From contig CAYRYE010000002.1 of assembly GCA_964428655.1 (NCBI GenBank), positions 2,251-66,250 on the forward strand: a DNA stretch of 64,000 nt. The letters run 5' to 3'. Source of the DNA: an uncultured Gammaproteobacteria bacterium. Its GTDB lineage: Bacteria > Patescibacteriota > Microgenomatia > UBA12405 > JAHJSD01. Under the pieces are notes generated by a model. The model had not been told where the DNA came from. It saw nothing but the letters and a program-made list of their open reading frames with translations, and did no database searches. Position numbers and translations under genes: made by a program. Below are positions 9,141 through 19,732 of the stretch, one piece after another. How positions within the stretch are numbered: position 1 is the first letter of the stretch; every line of letters begins with the position of its first letter.

Positions 9141-10206
9141 TCGTTATTTTTTGCTGTCTCAGATAACGATTAAGCTCGTCTGGCCTGATCGCATATGATT
9201 GAGCTGTTTCCAAATTGACTTTGCCTTGACGTATCCAACTTGCCAATGAGCGCTCCAAAAGGACCATGCCTGATTCTAAAGAGGTTTGAATTATATTATC
9301 GATCATGTGGGTTTTGTTCTCCCGGATAGCTGTTTTGACCGCGGGATTAGATAAGAGAATTTCTACTGCCGGCACTCGCGAATTGTCAACCGTCGGTATT
9401 AACCTCTGAGAAACAACCGCCCCTAAAACACTAGCTAATTGCAAACTAATCTGTCGCTTTGATCCTTCGGGAAAAACATCAATGATTCTATCGATTGTCT
9501 GAGGAGCTGAATTGGTGTGAAGGGTAGAAAGAACTAAATGACCGGTTTCAGCAATAGTCAGAGCTGAAGCAATCGTTTCTAAATCTCTCATTTCGCCGAC
9601 AAAAACAACATCAGGATCTTCTCTTAAACACGAACGCAAAGCCTTCTTCCAACTTAAAGTATCATGACCAACTTCCCTTTGAGAGATAATCGACTTTCGC
9701 GGTTCCAATATGTATTCAATCGGATCTTCAATGGAAACAATGTGAACTTTTTGATTCTCATTAATTTCTTTTAGGATCGAGGCCACTGTTGTTGATTTTC
9801 CATGACCGGTTGGCCCAGTCACCAGAATAAACCCTTGTCTTAAAGCGGCAAATTGATAAAGAATTTCAGGTAAATTCAATTCCTTGATAGTAGGAACCTC
9901 AGCCTGAATTGCCCTGAGGGCGATTGCCATACTGCCTTGGGCAAAATAGGCGTTGGCTCTAAAGCGGGAGCCATCCGGCAAGGCGTAAGAAAAATCTATC
10001 TCTTTATTGTCTAAAAACAATTGTTTTTGTTTTTCGTCTAAAGTGGCAAGAACCAGAGATTTTGCCTGTTCTGACTCAAGAACGCCGGCACCAGTAACGG
10101 CCTGTAGATCACCATTAATCCGCAATGTTGGTGGAATACCAACAATCAGGTGCAAATCAGAAGCTTTGTTTTTTATTGTTAATTCCAAAAGCTGTCTTAT
10201 ATTCAT
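9130..10206 (-). CDS. pilT: twitching motility retraction ATPase PilT
   Basis: GPTGHGKST, SIEDPIE, LREDPD, GEMRD, AETGHLVLSTLH, AIRENK. Confidence 0.95.
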   Translation of the reverse strand: MNIRQLLELTIKNKASDLHLIVGIPPTLRINGDLQAVTGAGVLESEQAKSLVLATLDEKQKQLFLDNKEIDFSYALPDGSRFRANAYFAQGSMAIALRAIQAEVPTIKELNLPEILYQFAALRQGFILVTGPTGHGKSTTVASILKEINENQKVHIVSIEDPIEYILEPRKSIISQREVGHDTLSWKKALRSCLREDPDVVFVGEMRDLETIASALTIAETGHLVLSTLHTNSAPQTIDRIIDVFPEGSKRQISLQLASVLGAVVSQRLIPTVDNSRVPAVEILLSNPAVKTAIRENKTHMIDNIIQTSLESGMVLLERSLASWIRQGKVNLETAQSYAIRPDELNRYLRQQKITIAK

Positions 10207-10208
10207 GT

Positions 10209-11942
10209 TTAGAATTCTGCTACTCGCAAGACCTCCTCAATAGTGGTGATTCCTTCCAAAACTTTTAAATATCCATCCTGCTTGATGGTAATCATGCCTT
10301 TTTTTCTAGCCTCTCTCTCAATATCTAAAGCCGCTGATTTCTCAATAATTAACTTTGAAATTTGTTCATCAATCTCCATCACTTCAAAAATGCCAATCCT
10401 GCCATGATAACCAGTTTTCCCACACTCGTCACAACCCTTACCTCTCCAAAAGGTTAACTCATTTCTTACCGTCTGCTTCTGCTGACTTCCCAAGGCTGTT
10501 TGATAAAGGTTGCCCAAAACAGCTTTAAAGTTTTCAATTACTTTTGCATCTGGAAGATAACTTTCCTTACAATTAGAACAAATCTTGCGCAAAACCCTTT
10601 GGGCAACAACACAGGTTAAAGACGATACTAACAAGAAAGGCTCCGCTCCCATATCAATCAGTCGAGGCGGCGCCCCGGCGGCATCATTAGTGTGAAGGGT
10701 AGAAAAAACTAAATGGCCAGTTAGGGCGGCATGAACAGCCAACTGGGTGGTTTCTTCATCTCTGATCTCACCAACCATAATGATATCTGGATCCTGACGC
10801 AGAAATGAACGAAGAGCTGAAGAAAAAGTCAAGCCTGCCTGAGGATTTACTTGGACCTGATTAACTCCTTCCAATTGATACTCAACTGGATCTTCAATCG
10901 TCATCACATTAACTTTAATCGTACTTATTTTGCGCAGGGCTGAATACAAAGTAGTTGTTTTCCCTGAACCAGTTGGGCCGCAAACAATTAACATTCCCTG
11001 GGGTCGGCTTATAGCCTCCTGGACACTTCTCAATCCTCTTCCCCTAAGGCCCAGCTCCGTTAAGCTGGGAATTTTTGACTGTTTTTTCAAAAGCCGCATC
11101 ACTGTCTTTTCCCCATAAACTGTTGGGGCAGTCGAAACTCGCAGATCAACCTCATCGCCATCAGCAATAAAATTAAACCTCCCATCTTGGGGAATCCTTC
11201 TTTCGTCAATCTTCATATCAGATAAAATCTTTATTCTGGAAACTACGGCATCATGAACGCGTTTGGGTAAAATCAGTTTTTCTTGAAGGATTCCATCAAC
11301 GCGATACCGGACTCGTGTGTCTTTTTCTTGAGGCTCAATGTGAACATCTGAAGCCCGAGAACGAATGGCAAATTGTAAAATTGTCGAAACAACCTTAGCT
11401 ACCGGAGCCTCACGGATTACCTCATCTATATGCTCAAGATCAAGTAATTTACCCTTCTTTTCAGTTTCTTTCAATGCATGCTTTACTTGGGTCGTCAACT
11501 CTTGGTCATATCTGTCACTGATGGCTCTCTTTACCTGCTCAAGCAAAGCCATGTGGGGCACAATTCTCATTTCTGTTTTTTTCTCCAAAAACTCGATTGT
11601 CTCCAAATCCAAGGGATTAGCCATGGCCACCAAAAGCCTTTTTGTCTTTTCGTCAAAATCAAAGGGAATTAACCAATACTTCTCTGCTACACTCCGGGGA
11701 ACAAAGGAAACCGATACTGGAGAAAAGCCAACCTTGTCTAGATCAACAAATGGAACTCCATATAACTCTGCTTTTGCCTGGAAAATTTTTTCTCTACCAG
11801 CCAGCTTCTTCTTCTCAATGATTTCTTCTTCTGCCTCGCCAGTCTGTAAATGAAAAAGCTCTATTTTCTTAGCCTGCTCTTCGGTCAATATGCCTTTTTC
11901 TTTCAAAATAGAAGCGATTGTTCTTTTGGTTATAGCTGTCAT
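10209..11942 (-). CDS. pilB: type IV pilus assembly ATPase PilB/GspE
   Basis: ASDVHIEP, GPTGSGKTT, LRQDPD, tetracysteine motif CSNC...CDEC. Confidence 0.95.
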   Translation of the reverse strand: MTAITKRTIASILKEKGILTEEQAKKIELFHLQTGEAEEEIIEKKKLAGREKIFQAKAELYGVPFVDLDKVGFSPVSVSFVPRSVAEKYWLIPFDFDEKTKRLLVAMANPLDLETIEFLEKKTEMRIVPHMALLEQVKRAISDRYDQELTTQVKHALKETEKKGKLLDLEHIDEVIREAPVAKVVSTILQFAIRSRASDVHIEPQEKDTRVRYRVDGILQEKLILPKRVHDAVVSRIKILSDMKIDERRIPQDGRFNFIADGDEVDLRVSTAPTVYGEKTVMRLLKKQSKIPSLTELGLRGRGLRSVQEAISRPQGMLIVCGPTGSGKTTTLYSALRKISTIKVNVMTIEDPVEYQLEGVNQVQVNPQAGLTFSSALRSFLRQDPDIIMVGEIRDEETTQLAVHAALTGHLVFSTLHTNDAAGAPPRLIDMGAEPFLLVSSLTCVVAQRVLRKICSNCKESYLPDAKVIENFKAVLGNLYQTALGSQQKQTVRNELTFWRGKGCDECGKTGYHGRIGIFEVMEIDEQISKLIIEKSAALDIEREARKKGMITIKQDGYLKVLEGITTIEEVLRVAEF

Positions 11943-12017
11943 CGCTACTATTCATATTGGCACAACAAAAAAACAAATTCAAGAGCGCCAAAAATGTTAG
12001 AATAGCAATAATAGATT

Positions 12018-12653
12018 ATGGCGCATATCATTATCGGTGGCACCAGTAGGCAACAACGAAAAAGGGTTCAAAAAATCGTTGAAAAACCGAGTGCCGATCT
12101 CAATAGAAATAATCCTGATTTTATAAAAATAGAATCAGAAAACAGTATTGGGATTGAGGTAATTCGCCAAATTAAAAGATTCCTTTCTAAGAAAAGCTGG
12201 CAGGGCGGGAGTAAAAAATTGGTAGTCGTGTATGATGCTCATAAAATGACTGTTGAGGCTCAAAATGCCTTTCTTAAAACTTTAGAAGAGCCTCCTCCTG
12301 ATTCCTTGATCATTTTAACTGTCAATAATAAAACATCGTTATTGCCAACAATTATTTCTCGCTGTCAGATAATTAAAATCAAAACTAAAACAAAGCAAAA
12401 ACTCAAAGGTTATTGGCAGAAATGGCAAGAAATAACAACCAGTCCTCTTAATAAAAGATTAGACCAAACACCCCAACAACTTGAAAAATGGATTAATAAC
12501 TATATTCTAGTGCTCCAAAAACAACTAACCAAGCCAAACGAAAATACAAAACAGATATCCAATTGGCTAAAAGAATTAATCATTGCTAAGCAAATGCTTG
12601 CAAATAATGTCAATCAACAAAGAGTCGCTGATTGGTTAATGATCAGAATATAG
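12018..12653 (+). CDS. holB: DNA polymerase III delta' subunit (short form)
   Basis: MTVEAQNAFLKTLEEPP, LLPTIISRC. Confidence 0.85.
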   Translation: MAHIIIGGTSRQQRKRVQKIVEKPSADLNRNNPDFIKIESENSIGIEVIRQIKRFLSKKSWQGGSKKLVVVYDAHKMTVEAQNAFLKTLEEPPPDSLIILTVNNKTSLLPTIISRCQIIKIKTKTKQKLKGYWQKWQEITTSPLNKRLDQTPQQLEKWINNYILVLQKQLTKPNENTKQISNWLKELIIAKQMLANNVNQQRVADWLMIRI

Positions 12654-12668
12654 TAAAATAAATAATAA

Positions 12669-13745
12669 ATGTTCCAGCCAAAATTTACTATCACCAGCAA
12701 AATCCTTCAAAATATTTCCCGAGTTGAGGGGTCTAGGGCGATTATTGACGCCTCACCCATTATCCCTGCCTATAAAAAACAATTTCAACAGGACGCCATT
12801 GTCCGCGCAGTCCATTATGGCACTAAACTGGAGGGCAATGATCTGAGTTTCAACCAAGTAGCCAAAGTAATTGAAGGCAAAAGAGTCCTAGCCGCTAAAA
12901 GAGACATTCAAGAAGTAATTAACTACCGTGAAGTAATGAATTTTTTAGAAAGAAAAGTCGCTAACCCTGAAAAAAAAGAAAATCTCTACTCTGAAGATAA
13001 TTTACTCAAAATCCACCGCCTGACGGTAGAGAAAATCGTTCCTCAAAAACAAACCGGACGCTTCCGTAAAATGCAAGTTACTATTCGCAACAGCGCCACT
13101 GATGAAATTTTCTTCCGACCGCCTTCTCCGGTTGAAGTTCCTTATCTTATCGGGGACTTTTTCTCTTGGCTGAACAGCCGGCCGGCCCAGCAAGTTCACT
13201 CAATCCTTCGCTCAGGCATTACTCACTATATTCTAGTCGCCATTCACCCCTTTACTGAGGGCAATGGTCGAACTTCCCGAGCCATGGCAACTTTGGTTCT
13301 AATGGCAGAAGGATATAATATCAAACGCCTCTTTGCCCTTGAGGAATATTTCGATCATCATGCCGAAGAATATTACAACTCCCTTCAGGCTGTTTCACTC
13401 CAACCAGGCGAACTCAGCCAAAAAGATCAAACTCCCTGGCTGGAATTACTCACCACCGCCCTTGTCACCGAATTCAAAAAGATCGAAGAAAAGGTACGCC
13501 AATTATCATCTGACATTCACTTAAAGAAAAAGCTGGGAGATAAACAAATTCCCATCAATGAAAGACAGATTAAATTGGTTGAACACATGCGCCAGTTCGG
13601 CGCTCTAACCATGTCTGATGCTCAAGAAATCGTCCCCATGGTTTCTGACGATACTATTTGGCGGGATTTAAGAAAGCTAATCGAGACCGGCATTGTTGAA
13701 AAAAAAGGAAGCACTAAAGGCGCTTATTACCGTTTGGTTAGCTAA
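12669..13745 (+). CDS. Fic family protein with C-terminal wHTH
   Basis: HPFTEGNGRTSR Fic motif; C-terminal TIWRDLRKL...KGSTKGAYY. Confidence 0.9.
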   Translation: MFQPKFTITSKILQNISRVEGSRAIIDASPIIPAYKKQFQQDAIVRAVHYGTKLEGNDLSFNQVAKVIEGKRVLAAKRDIQEVINYREVMNFLERKVANPEKKENLYSEDNLLKIHRLTVEKIVPQKQTGRFRKMQVTIRNSATDEIFFRPPSPVEVPYLIGDFFSWLNSRPAQQVHSILRSGITHYILVAIHPFTEGNGRTSRAMATLVLMAEGYNIKRLFALEEYFDHHAEEYYNSLQAVSLQPGELSQKDQTPWLELLTTALVTEFKKIEEKVRQLSSDIHLKKKLGDKQIPINERQIKLVEHMRQFGALTMSDAQEIVPMVSDDTIWRDLRKLIETGIVEKKGSTKGAYYRLVS

Positions 13746-13747
13746 TC

Positions 13748-15496
13748 ATGAAAATAAGGGAATTTACCAAATACCTGGTTAAACTGGAAGAAACTGCCGC
13801 TAGAAACGAAATCACTGTCATTTTGGCCAATCTGTTTAATCAAGCCTCAGTTAAAGAAATTGATAAGATATGCTATTTGGTTTTAGGTCAATTAGCTCCG
13901 CTCCATCGCTCAATCGAATTTAATTTAGCGGAAAAAATGATGATTCGGGTTTTAGCTCATACCTTTAAAAAACCAAAAAAAAAGGTACTTAGGTTATTTA
14001 AAAAAGTAGGCGATCTGGGTGACATCGCCCATCAATTATCAAATAAAAAGAAAGCCAAACCATTAAAGATCAGCGAGCTTTACACTGAACTCGCTACTAT
14101 TGCTAAACAAGGGGGGTTGGGATCGCAGGAAAGAAAAATAAAATTGTTTTCCCAGCTTATTGATAAACTCGATCCTTTAGCCGCTAAATATATAGTCAGA
14201 ATCCCAATGGCAAAGCTAAGGCTGGGCTTTTCCGATCTGACTATTCTTGATGCTCTTTCCTGGATGAAAAGCGGTGATAAAACTCTAAGGCCAAAATTAG
14301 AAAGGGCCTACAGTGTCAGTGCCGATATCGGTCTAGTGGCAAAAATCTTTAAGGAAAAAGGGGTAAAAGGGATTGAAAAAATAACTCCTCAAGTCGGCAT
14401 TCCCATCAGGCCCGCCTTGGCAGGAAGGTTAAACAACTCAGAAGAAATTATCGCCAAGCTAGAAAAACATGCCATCGAATGTAAATACGATGGTCTAAGA
14501 GTGCAAATACATATAGATAAAAACCGTTTTTTTAAAGAACAAGGTGATTCATTATTTAAAGATCAGAAATCATATGTTCGAATCTTTTCCAGAAGAATGG
14601 ATGATACTACTAATATGTTCCCTGATATTGCTAGTGCTGTCCAAGATTTAGCGGTAAAATCAGCCATTTTTGATGGTGAAGCAATTGGATTTGATCCAAA
14701 AACCGGAAAATTCCTACCATTTCAAGAAACAGCTCAGAGAAAAAGAAAATATGATATCAAGAAAACAGCTAAGAAAATACCCCTGAAGGCATTCCTCTTT
14801 GATTTGCTTTATCTTAACGGCAAATCTCTTCTAAAGAAACCCTTTAAAGAAAGAAGGCAGGCTTTGGAAAAAATCCTTAAAAAGCAAAAAAAAGGCCGGA
14901 CAATTAATCTCACTCCTCAGAGAATAGTTAAAAACCAAAAAGAAATCGATGAATACTTTCAGGAATGTGTTAAACAAGGGTTTGAGGGCACTTTATCGAA
15001 AAAGCTGGATAGTCCTTATCAGGCCGGAGCAAGAGATTTTACCTGGGTTAAATATAAACGGGCCATGAAATCTAAACTGGTTGATACAGTTGATTGTTTG
15101 GTTTTGGGCTACTACCGAGGCAAAGGAAAGCGATCTAAGTTCGGCATTGGCGCCTTCCTAACAGGCATTTGGGAGCCAAAGAAAAGAGCTTTCCTGACGA
15201 TTGCTAAAATTGGTACTGGTTTAACCGATAATCAGTGGAAAGAAATCCGTCAAAAAGCAGACAAAATCAAAGCTAAAGAAAAACCAAAGCAGTATCAAGT
15301 CCCCAAGGAGCTTGCCCCTGATGTTTGGGCCAATCCAGAAATAGTAGTAGAAATCAAGGCTGATGAAGTCACCAAATCGCCAATCCACTCAAGTAAATAT
15401 GCTCTTCGCTTCCCAAGAATGGAGCGGTTTAGGGCCAAAAAGATAGAAGACGTTACCAGTTTGAATGAGATTATAAAACTGTATAAAATGCAATAA
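13748..15496 (+). CDS. lig: ATP-dependent DNA ligase (archaeal/eukaryotic LigI type)
   Basis: ECKYDGLR, FDGE, EG..KK...PY.AG.R...WVKYK, ALRFPR; N-terminal DNA-binding domain. Confidence 0.95.
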   Translation: MKIREFTKYLVKLEETAARNEITVILANLFNQASVKEIDKICYLVLGQLAPLHRSIEFNLAEKMMIRVLAHTFKKPKKKVLRLFKKVGDLGDIAHQLSNKKKAKPLKISELYTELATIAKQGGLGSQERKIKLFSQLIDKLDPLAAKYIVRIPMAKLRLGFSDLTILDALSWMKSGDKTLRPKLERAYSVSADIGLVAKIFKEKGVKGIEKITPQVGIPIRPALAGRLNNSEEIIAKLEKHAIECKYDGLRVQIHIDKNRFFKEQGDSLFKDQKSYVRIFSRRMDDTTNMFPDIASAVQDLAVKSAIFDGEAIGFDPKTGKFLPFQETAQRKRKYDIKKTAKKIPLKAFLFDLLYLNGKSLLKKPFKERRQALEKILKKQKKGRTINLTPQRIVKNQKEIDEYFQECVKQGFEGTLSKKLDSPYQAGARDFTWVKYKRAMKSKLVDTVDCLVLGYYRGKGKRSKFGIGAFLTGIWEPKKRAFLTIAKIGTGLTDNQWKEIRQKADKIKAKEKPKQYQVPKELAPDVWANPEIVVEIKADEVTKSPIHSSKYALRFPRMERFRAKKIEDVTSLNEIIKLYKMQ

Positions 15497-15499
15497 GTT

Positions 15500-16459
15500 A
15501 TGTATCTTCATTTTGTATTATTAATCACTTTTTCTATTATCCTAGCTCTTTCTACTACTTTGGTCTTAAAATCAATAAAAGAACTCTCAAAAACAACAGG
15601 ACTAAATAACTATTATCTGTCAGGCTTAATTCTGGCAATGGGAACCTCCTTGCCAGAATTACTTATTGCCATTCAATCAGCCATGGCAAACCAAGCCTCC
15701 CTTTCACTGGGCAATGTTTTGGGCAGCAACATTGCCAATTTATCAATAGTTATTGGCGGAGCAACACTCCTGGGGGGAAGTCTGAAAATAGGGAAAAATG
15801 TTATTAGCAACGACATTTACTATGCCTTCTTAATAAGCGCCGCTCCATTGATGCTCTTGATCGACGGCAAACTTAGTCGCCTAGATGGTATTCTGCTTCT
15901 TGCCCTCTTTATTCTTTGGCAAGCGATTTCTTTGAAACTTAATCACAAGAAACAAGGCGGCAGGGTTTTCGCTTTCTTAAAACAAGGCGTAGATCAAAAA
16001 GAAGCACCCAATAACTTTGCCCCCACTTTTGCCAGATTAAGTGTTGGCTTAACAGGATTATTATTTGCTTCCCATCAATTAGTCAAAAGCGCCCGCTTCC
16101 TTGCCCTTGAATTCAACATCTCTCCCTTAATCGTCGGCGTTTTCATTATTGGCCTGGGAAGCTCAATGCCGGAATTAGCTTTAGAGGCAAAAGCAATCAA
16201 AAACAAGGAATCGGAAATAGCCTTAGGTGATCTTTTGGGGTCAATTGTTATCAACTCCTCTTTAATCGCCGGCATTACCACCATCTCAAATACAGTCATT
16301 TTATCCCAACCCCAGTTATACTTAACTACCACTTTGTTCTTTCTGCTGATATTCTTCATTTTTTACCTTTTCATTCGCACTAAAAATATACTAGAAAGAT
16401 GGGAAGGGGCAATATTATTAATGCTCTACTTTATTCTAGTGGCAGTAGAACTTTTATGA
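15500..16459 (+). CDS. Na+/Ca2+ (CaCA) antiporter
   Basis: GTSLPEL...GNVLGSNIAN and GSSMPEL...GDLLGS alpha repeats; multiple TM helices. Confidence 0.9.
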   Translation: MYLHFVLLITFSIILALSTTLVLKSIKELSKTTGLNNYYLSGLILAMGTSLPELLIAIQSAMANQASLSLGNVLGSNIANLSIVIGGATLLGGSLKIGKNVISNDIYYAFLISAAPLMLLIDGKLSRLDGILLLALFILWQAISLKLNHKKQGGRVFAFLKQGVDQKEAPNNFAPTFARLSVGLTGLLFASHQLVKSARFLALEFNISPLIVGVFIIGLGSSMPELALEAKAIKNKESEIALGDLLGSIVINSSLIAGITTISNTVILSQPQLYLTTTLFFLLIFFIFYLFIRTKNILERWEGAILLMLYFILVAVELL

Positions 16460-17757
16460 AATTTATCGCCGATCTTCATTTTCACTCCAAATACTCACGA
16501 GCGGTTAGTCCCCAGATGGAATTGGTTAACTTGGCAGAGTGGGGGAGAAAAAAAGGAATTGACATTTTAACCACCACTGATTTTACCCATCCTCTTTGGT
16601 TCCGGGAAATAAAAGTAAAACTAAAAGAAATTCGTTCGGGAATCTATCAATTAAACAAAAACGGGCTTTGCTTTATCCTTACCACCGAAATTTCTTTAAT
16701 TTTTCCTCAACACCGGATCCACCTTATTATTTTAGCTCCAAATTTAAATGTAGTTGGGAAAATTAATCAAGTTTTAACTAGGCGAAACTTCAACTTGCTT
16801 TCTGATGGCCGGCCAATTTTTGGTATCTCCGCTCATGATTTTGTTGGTTTGATAAAAGATATTGACCCTTTAATAACTTTTATTCCCGCGCATATTTGGA
16901 CCCCATGGTTTTCCCTTTATGGATCGCGTTCGGGCTTTGATTCTATTAATCAATGTTTTGGCGAATATGCTTCGGAAATTCCGGCCATTGAAACAGGTCT
17001 CTCCAGCGATCCATTAATGAACTGGCAGATTAAAGAGCTTGACTCAAAAACCATCATCAGCGGTTCAGACTCACATAGTCTTAAAAATCTAGGCCGTAAT
17101 GCCACCATTTTTGAACTGCCAAAAAACTTCACCTATCAAGATATTGTCACTGCTTTGAAAACTCCTTATTCTGAAAATTTAAAATCAAAACCTCACGTTT
17201 CTCTTACTATTGAATTCTACCCGGAACAAGGAAAATATCATTACACCGGCCATCGCAAATGCGGTGTTTGCCACTCCCCGGAAGACTCAGAAAAACTAGG
17301 CACTACCTGTCCGGTTTGCGGTAAACCTCTCACGGTAGGTGTAATGCACCAAGTTAAAAAACTTTCTAGAAAAGAAAAAATTAATCCTAAAGTAAAAGAA
17401 GTCAATGGCTTAAGAATTTTTTATCACCCGGAAAATCTTCACCATCCCTTTATCTCTTTAATCCAATTAAGAGAAATTATTTCTGAAGTCGAAGGAGTCG
17501 GACCCCAATCTCAAAAAGTGAAAAACAAATATAATTTGGCTATTGGCCAGCTTGGAAATGAGTTAAACATTCTTACAAAAATTCCGATTTCAACGATATC
17601 TAAAATTTTAGGAGAAAGAATTGCTGAAGGGATAGAAAAAAACAGAAAAGGAGATATCTATATCGGCCCGGGTTATGACGGAATTTACGGCAAGGTTAAA
17701 GTGTGGAAAAAAGAAGAAAAGACGGGAAGCGAAAAAGAGCAAATAGCCCTATTTTAA
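16456..17757 (+). CDS. endonuclease Q family PHP protein
   Basis: ADLHFHSKYS, DFTHP, PAHIWTPW, IETGLS, SDSHS, GKYH..GHRKC, CPVCG, PGYDGIYG; start placed at ATG 16456. Confidence 0.9.
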   Translation: MKFIADLHFHSKYSRAVSPQMELVNLAEWGRKKGIDILTTTDFTHPLWFREIKVKLKEIRSGIYQLNKNGLCFILTTEISLIFPQHRIHLIILAPNLNVVGKINQVLTRRNFNLLSDGRPIFGISAHDFVGLIKDIDPLITFIPAHIWTPWFSLYGSRSGFDSINQCFGEYASEIPAIETGLSSDPLMNWQIKELDSKTIISGSDSHSLKNLGRNATIFELPKNFTYQDIVTALKTPYSENLKSKPHVSLTIEFYPEQGKYHYTGHRKCGVCHSPEDSEKLGTTCPVCGKPLTVGVMHQVKKLSRKEKINPKVKEVNGLRIFYHPENLHHPFISLIQLREIISEVEGVGPQSQKVKNKYNLAIGQLGNELNILTKIPISTISKILGERIAEGIEKNRKGDIYIGPGYDGIYGKVKVWKKEEKTGSEKEQIALF

Positions 17758-17776
17758 TGGTAAAATATGAACAATC

Positions 17777-17847
17777 GGGCTTGTAGGTAAATGGCATACC
17801 ACTCCGGTCGCATCGGAGAATTCCGGGTTCAACTCCCGGCAAGTCCA
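17777..17847 (+). tRNA. tRNA-Ala(CGC)
   Basis: Cloverleaf: acceptor GGGCTTG/CAAGTCC with G3:U70; anticodon arm CTCCG-GTCGCAT-CGGAG; T arm CCGGG-TTCAACT-CCCGG; CCA not encoded. Confidence 0.9.
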
Positions 17848-17851
17848 CACC

Positions 17852-18145
17852 GTGATCAAAACAATCGGACAATCAAAGACCCTTGCCAACCTCCTGGATA
17901 AACTAGACATGCGGCGGAAGTATATTAAAAAAGAGTTTCAGTCTTATGGATTGGAATTGGCTGAAGAATTAAATGACTGGAAAAATCGTTCGCTCTATAT
18001 CAAGCTGGCCAAACAGCTGCCAAGAGAGATTTTGGAACAAGCGCGGCTATTTATTAAAGATCACCCACCGGGAAAAATAAAAAGCAAGGCGCGCCTTTTT
18101 ATGTGGAAACTAAAAGAACTAAAAGAAAAATATGGGAAGAAATGA
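17852..18145 (+). CDS. hypothetical protein
   Basis: 97-aa ORF between tRNA and ABC operon; LYIKLAK...ARLFMWK. Confidence 0.7.
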   Translation: MIKTIGQSKTLANLLDKLDMRRKYIKKEFQSYGLELAEELNDWKNRSLYIKLAKQLPREILEQARLFIKDHPPGKIKSKARLFMWKLKELKEKYGKK

Positions 18146-18176
18146 GCTGCCCCCCGTATATGCTAAAATTAACTTA

Positions 18177-18992
18177 ATGAAAAAGGTTTTTATTCTACTC
18201 ACAGCAACGGCAGTAATTTTACCATTAGGATTACTGCTTCCTGTAAACAACAGTAAGGTGTCAGCGCCGCAGGTTTCGTCTCAAGAAGAGGAAGAAGAGG
18301 AATTAATCATCTCTGGCGTCATAGAAGCAGAAAAGAAAGTTGATTTAAAATTTAAAACTTCAGGGGAACTAGTTTGGGTAGGAATTAAAAAAGGAGATAA
18401 GGTCAAGAAAGGCCAAGCAATTGCTTCTCTGGATAAAAGAGAACTGGAAAAGAAATTTAAAAAAGAGATGAATGATTATCTTAATGAACGCTGGGATTTT
18501 GAACAAACTCAAGACGATTATAAAGAAACCAAAGACAGACATTTAATCACTGACGCTATTCAGCGGATTTTGGACAAAGCACAGTTTGACTTAGACAATA
18601 GTGTTTTAGATCTTGAAATCCAAAAACTTGCCGTAGAATACTCCGTCATTGCCACTCCTATTAGCGGCATTGTCACCCACATTGATCAGCCAATCGCCGG
18701 AGTCAATATCACGCCGGCCACGGCTGTTTTTACTATTGCTGATCCGACCAGTGTCTATTTTAAAGCCGAAGCTGATGAAGAAGAAGTAGTTAGATTAAAA
18801 AACGGACTAAAGGGCAAGATCCTTCTGGATGCTTATCTTGATCAAGAATTTGACTCACAAATTGATTCAATAGACTTCGCGCCAATATTAGACAAAAGCG
18901 GCCCCAATTATGCTGTCAAATGCGCTCTGCCAGAAAACACTGATCTTCGATTCAGACTGGGAATGAGAGGAGAGATAGAAATAAAGGAATGA
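18177..18992 (+). CDS. MacA-like membrane fusion (periplasmic adaptor) protein
   Basis: N-terminal TM; GDKVKKGQAIASLD lipoyl half; IATPISGIV; LGM; start placed at ATG 18177. Confidence 0.9.
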   Translation: MKKVFILLTATAVILPLGLLLPVNNSKVSAPQVSSQEEEEEELIISGVIEAEKKVDLKFKTSGELVWVGIKKGDKVKKGQAIASLDKRELEKKFKKEMNDYLNERWDFEQTQDDYKETKDRHLITDAIQRILDKAQFDLDNSVLDLEIQKLAVEYSVIATPISGIVTHIDQPIAGVNITPATAVFTIADPTSVYFKAEADEEEVVRLKNGLKGKILLDAYLDQEFDSQIDSIDFAPILDKSGPNYAVKCALPENTDLRFRLGMRGEIEIKE

Positions 18993-19021
18993 TTAAAAAG
19001 AATTCAGGAAATTAAAATCCT

Positions 19022-19732
19022 ATGCTGCAGCTTCATAATGTTTCTAAAATCTATCAAATGGGTGATTCCCTAATTAAAGCCTTAGACAATGTTTCTATGA
19101 AAATAACAAGAGGGGAATTTATAGCCATTAGGGGAGTCTCAGGTTCGGGAAAATCAACCTTGCTTCATGTCCTTGGCGGCCTTGATCGTCCTGACAAGGG
19201 AACAATCATCTGGGATAAAAAAGATCTTTCCAAATTGTCGGACAAAAAGCTGGCCGAGTTTAGAAACCAAAAAATAGGTTTTGTGTTTCAACAATTTCAC
19301 CTTCTCCCCAAAACCAGCGTATTAGAAAATGTCCTCTTGCCAACAATCTATTCCGGGTCACTCCGGGAGTGGCCGCAAGACTCTCCGGACCGCTCATCGG
19401 AAAAACCCTATCAACGGGCGTTGCAAATTTTAAAAAAACTAAACCTTAGTGACAGATCCAGCCACACTCCCGCTCAACTATCCGGAGGCCAGCAGCAAAG
19501 GGTAGCCATTGCCCGAGCCTTAATAAATAACCCACAAACTATTCTGGCTGATGAACCAACAGGCAATCTTGATTCAAAATCCGGAAGCCAAATTCTAAAA
19601 ATACTTGAGAAGCTCAACAAAGAGGATGGTTTAACCATAATTGTCGTTAGTCATGACCGAGAAATTGCCAAAAAGGCCAAAAGAATTATTAAAATGAAAG
19701 ACGGCAGGATCATTAAAGACAGCGAAAAATGA
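19022..19732 (+). CDS. MacB/LolD-type ABC ATP-binding protein
   Basis: [35 protein letters not shown]. Confidence 0.95.
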   Translation: MLQLHNVSKIYQMGDSLIKALDNVSMKITRGEFIAIRGVSGSGKSTLLHVLGGLDRPDKGTIIWDKKDLSKLSDKKLAEFRNQKIGFVFQQFHLLPKTSVLENVLLPTIYSGSLREWPQDSPDRSSEKPYQRALQILKKLNLSDRSSHTPAQLSGGQQQRVAIARALINNPQTILADEPTGNLDSKSGSQILKILEKLNKEDGLTIIVVSHDREIAKKAKRIIKMKDGRIIKDSEK

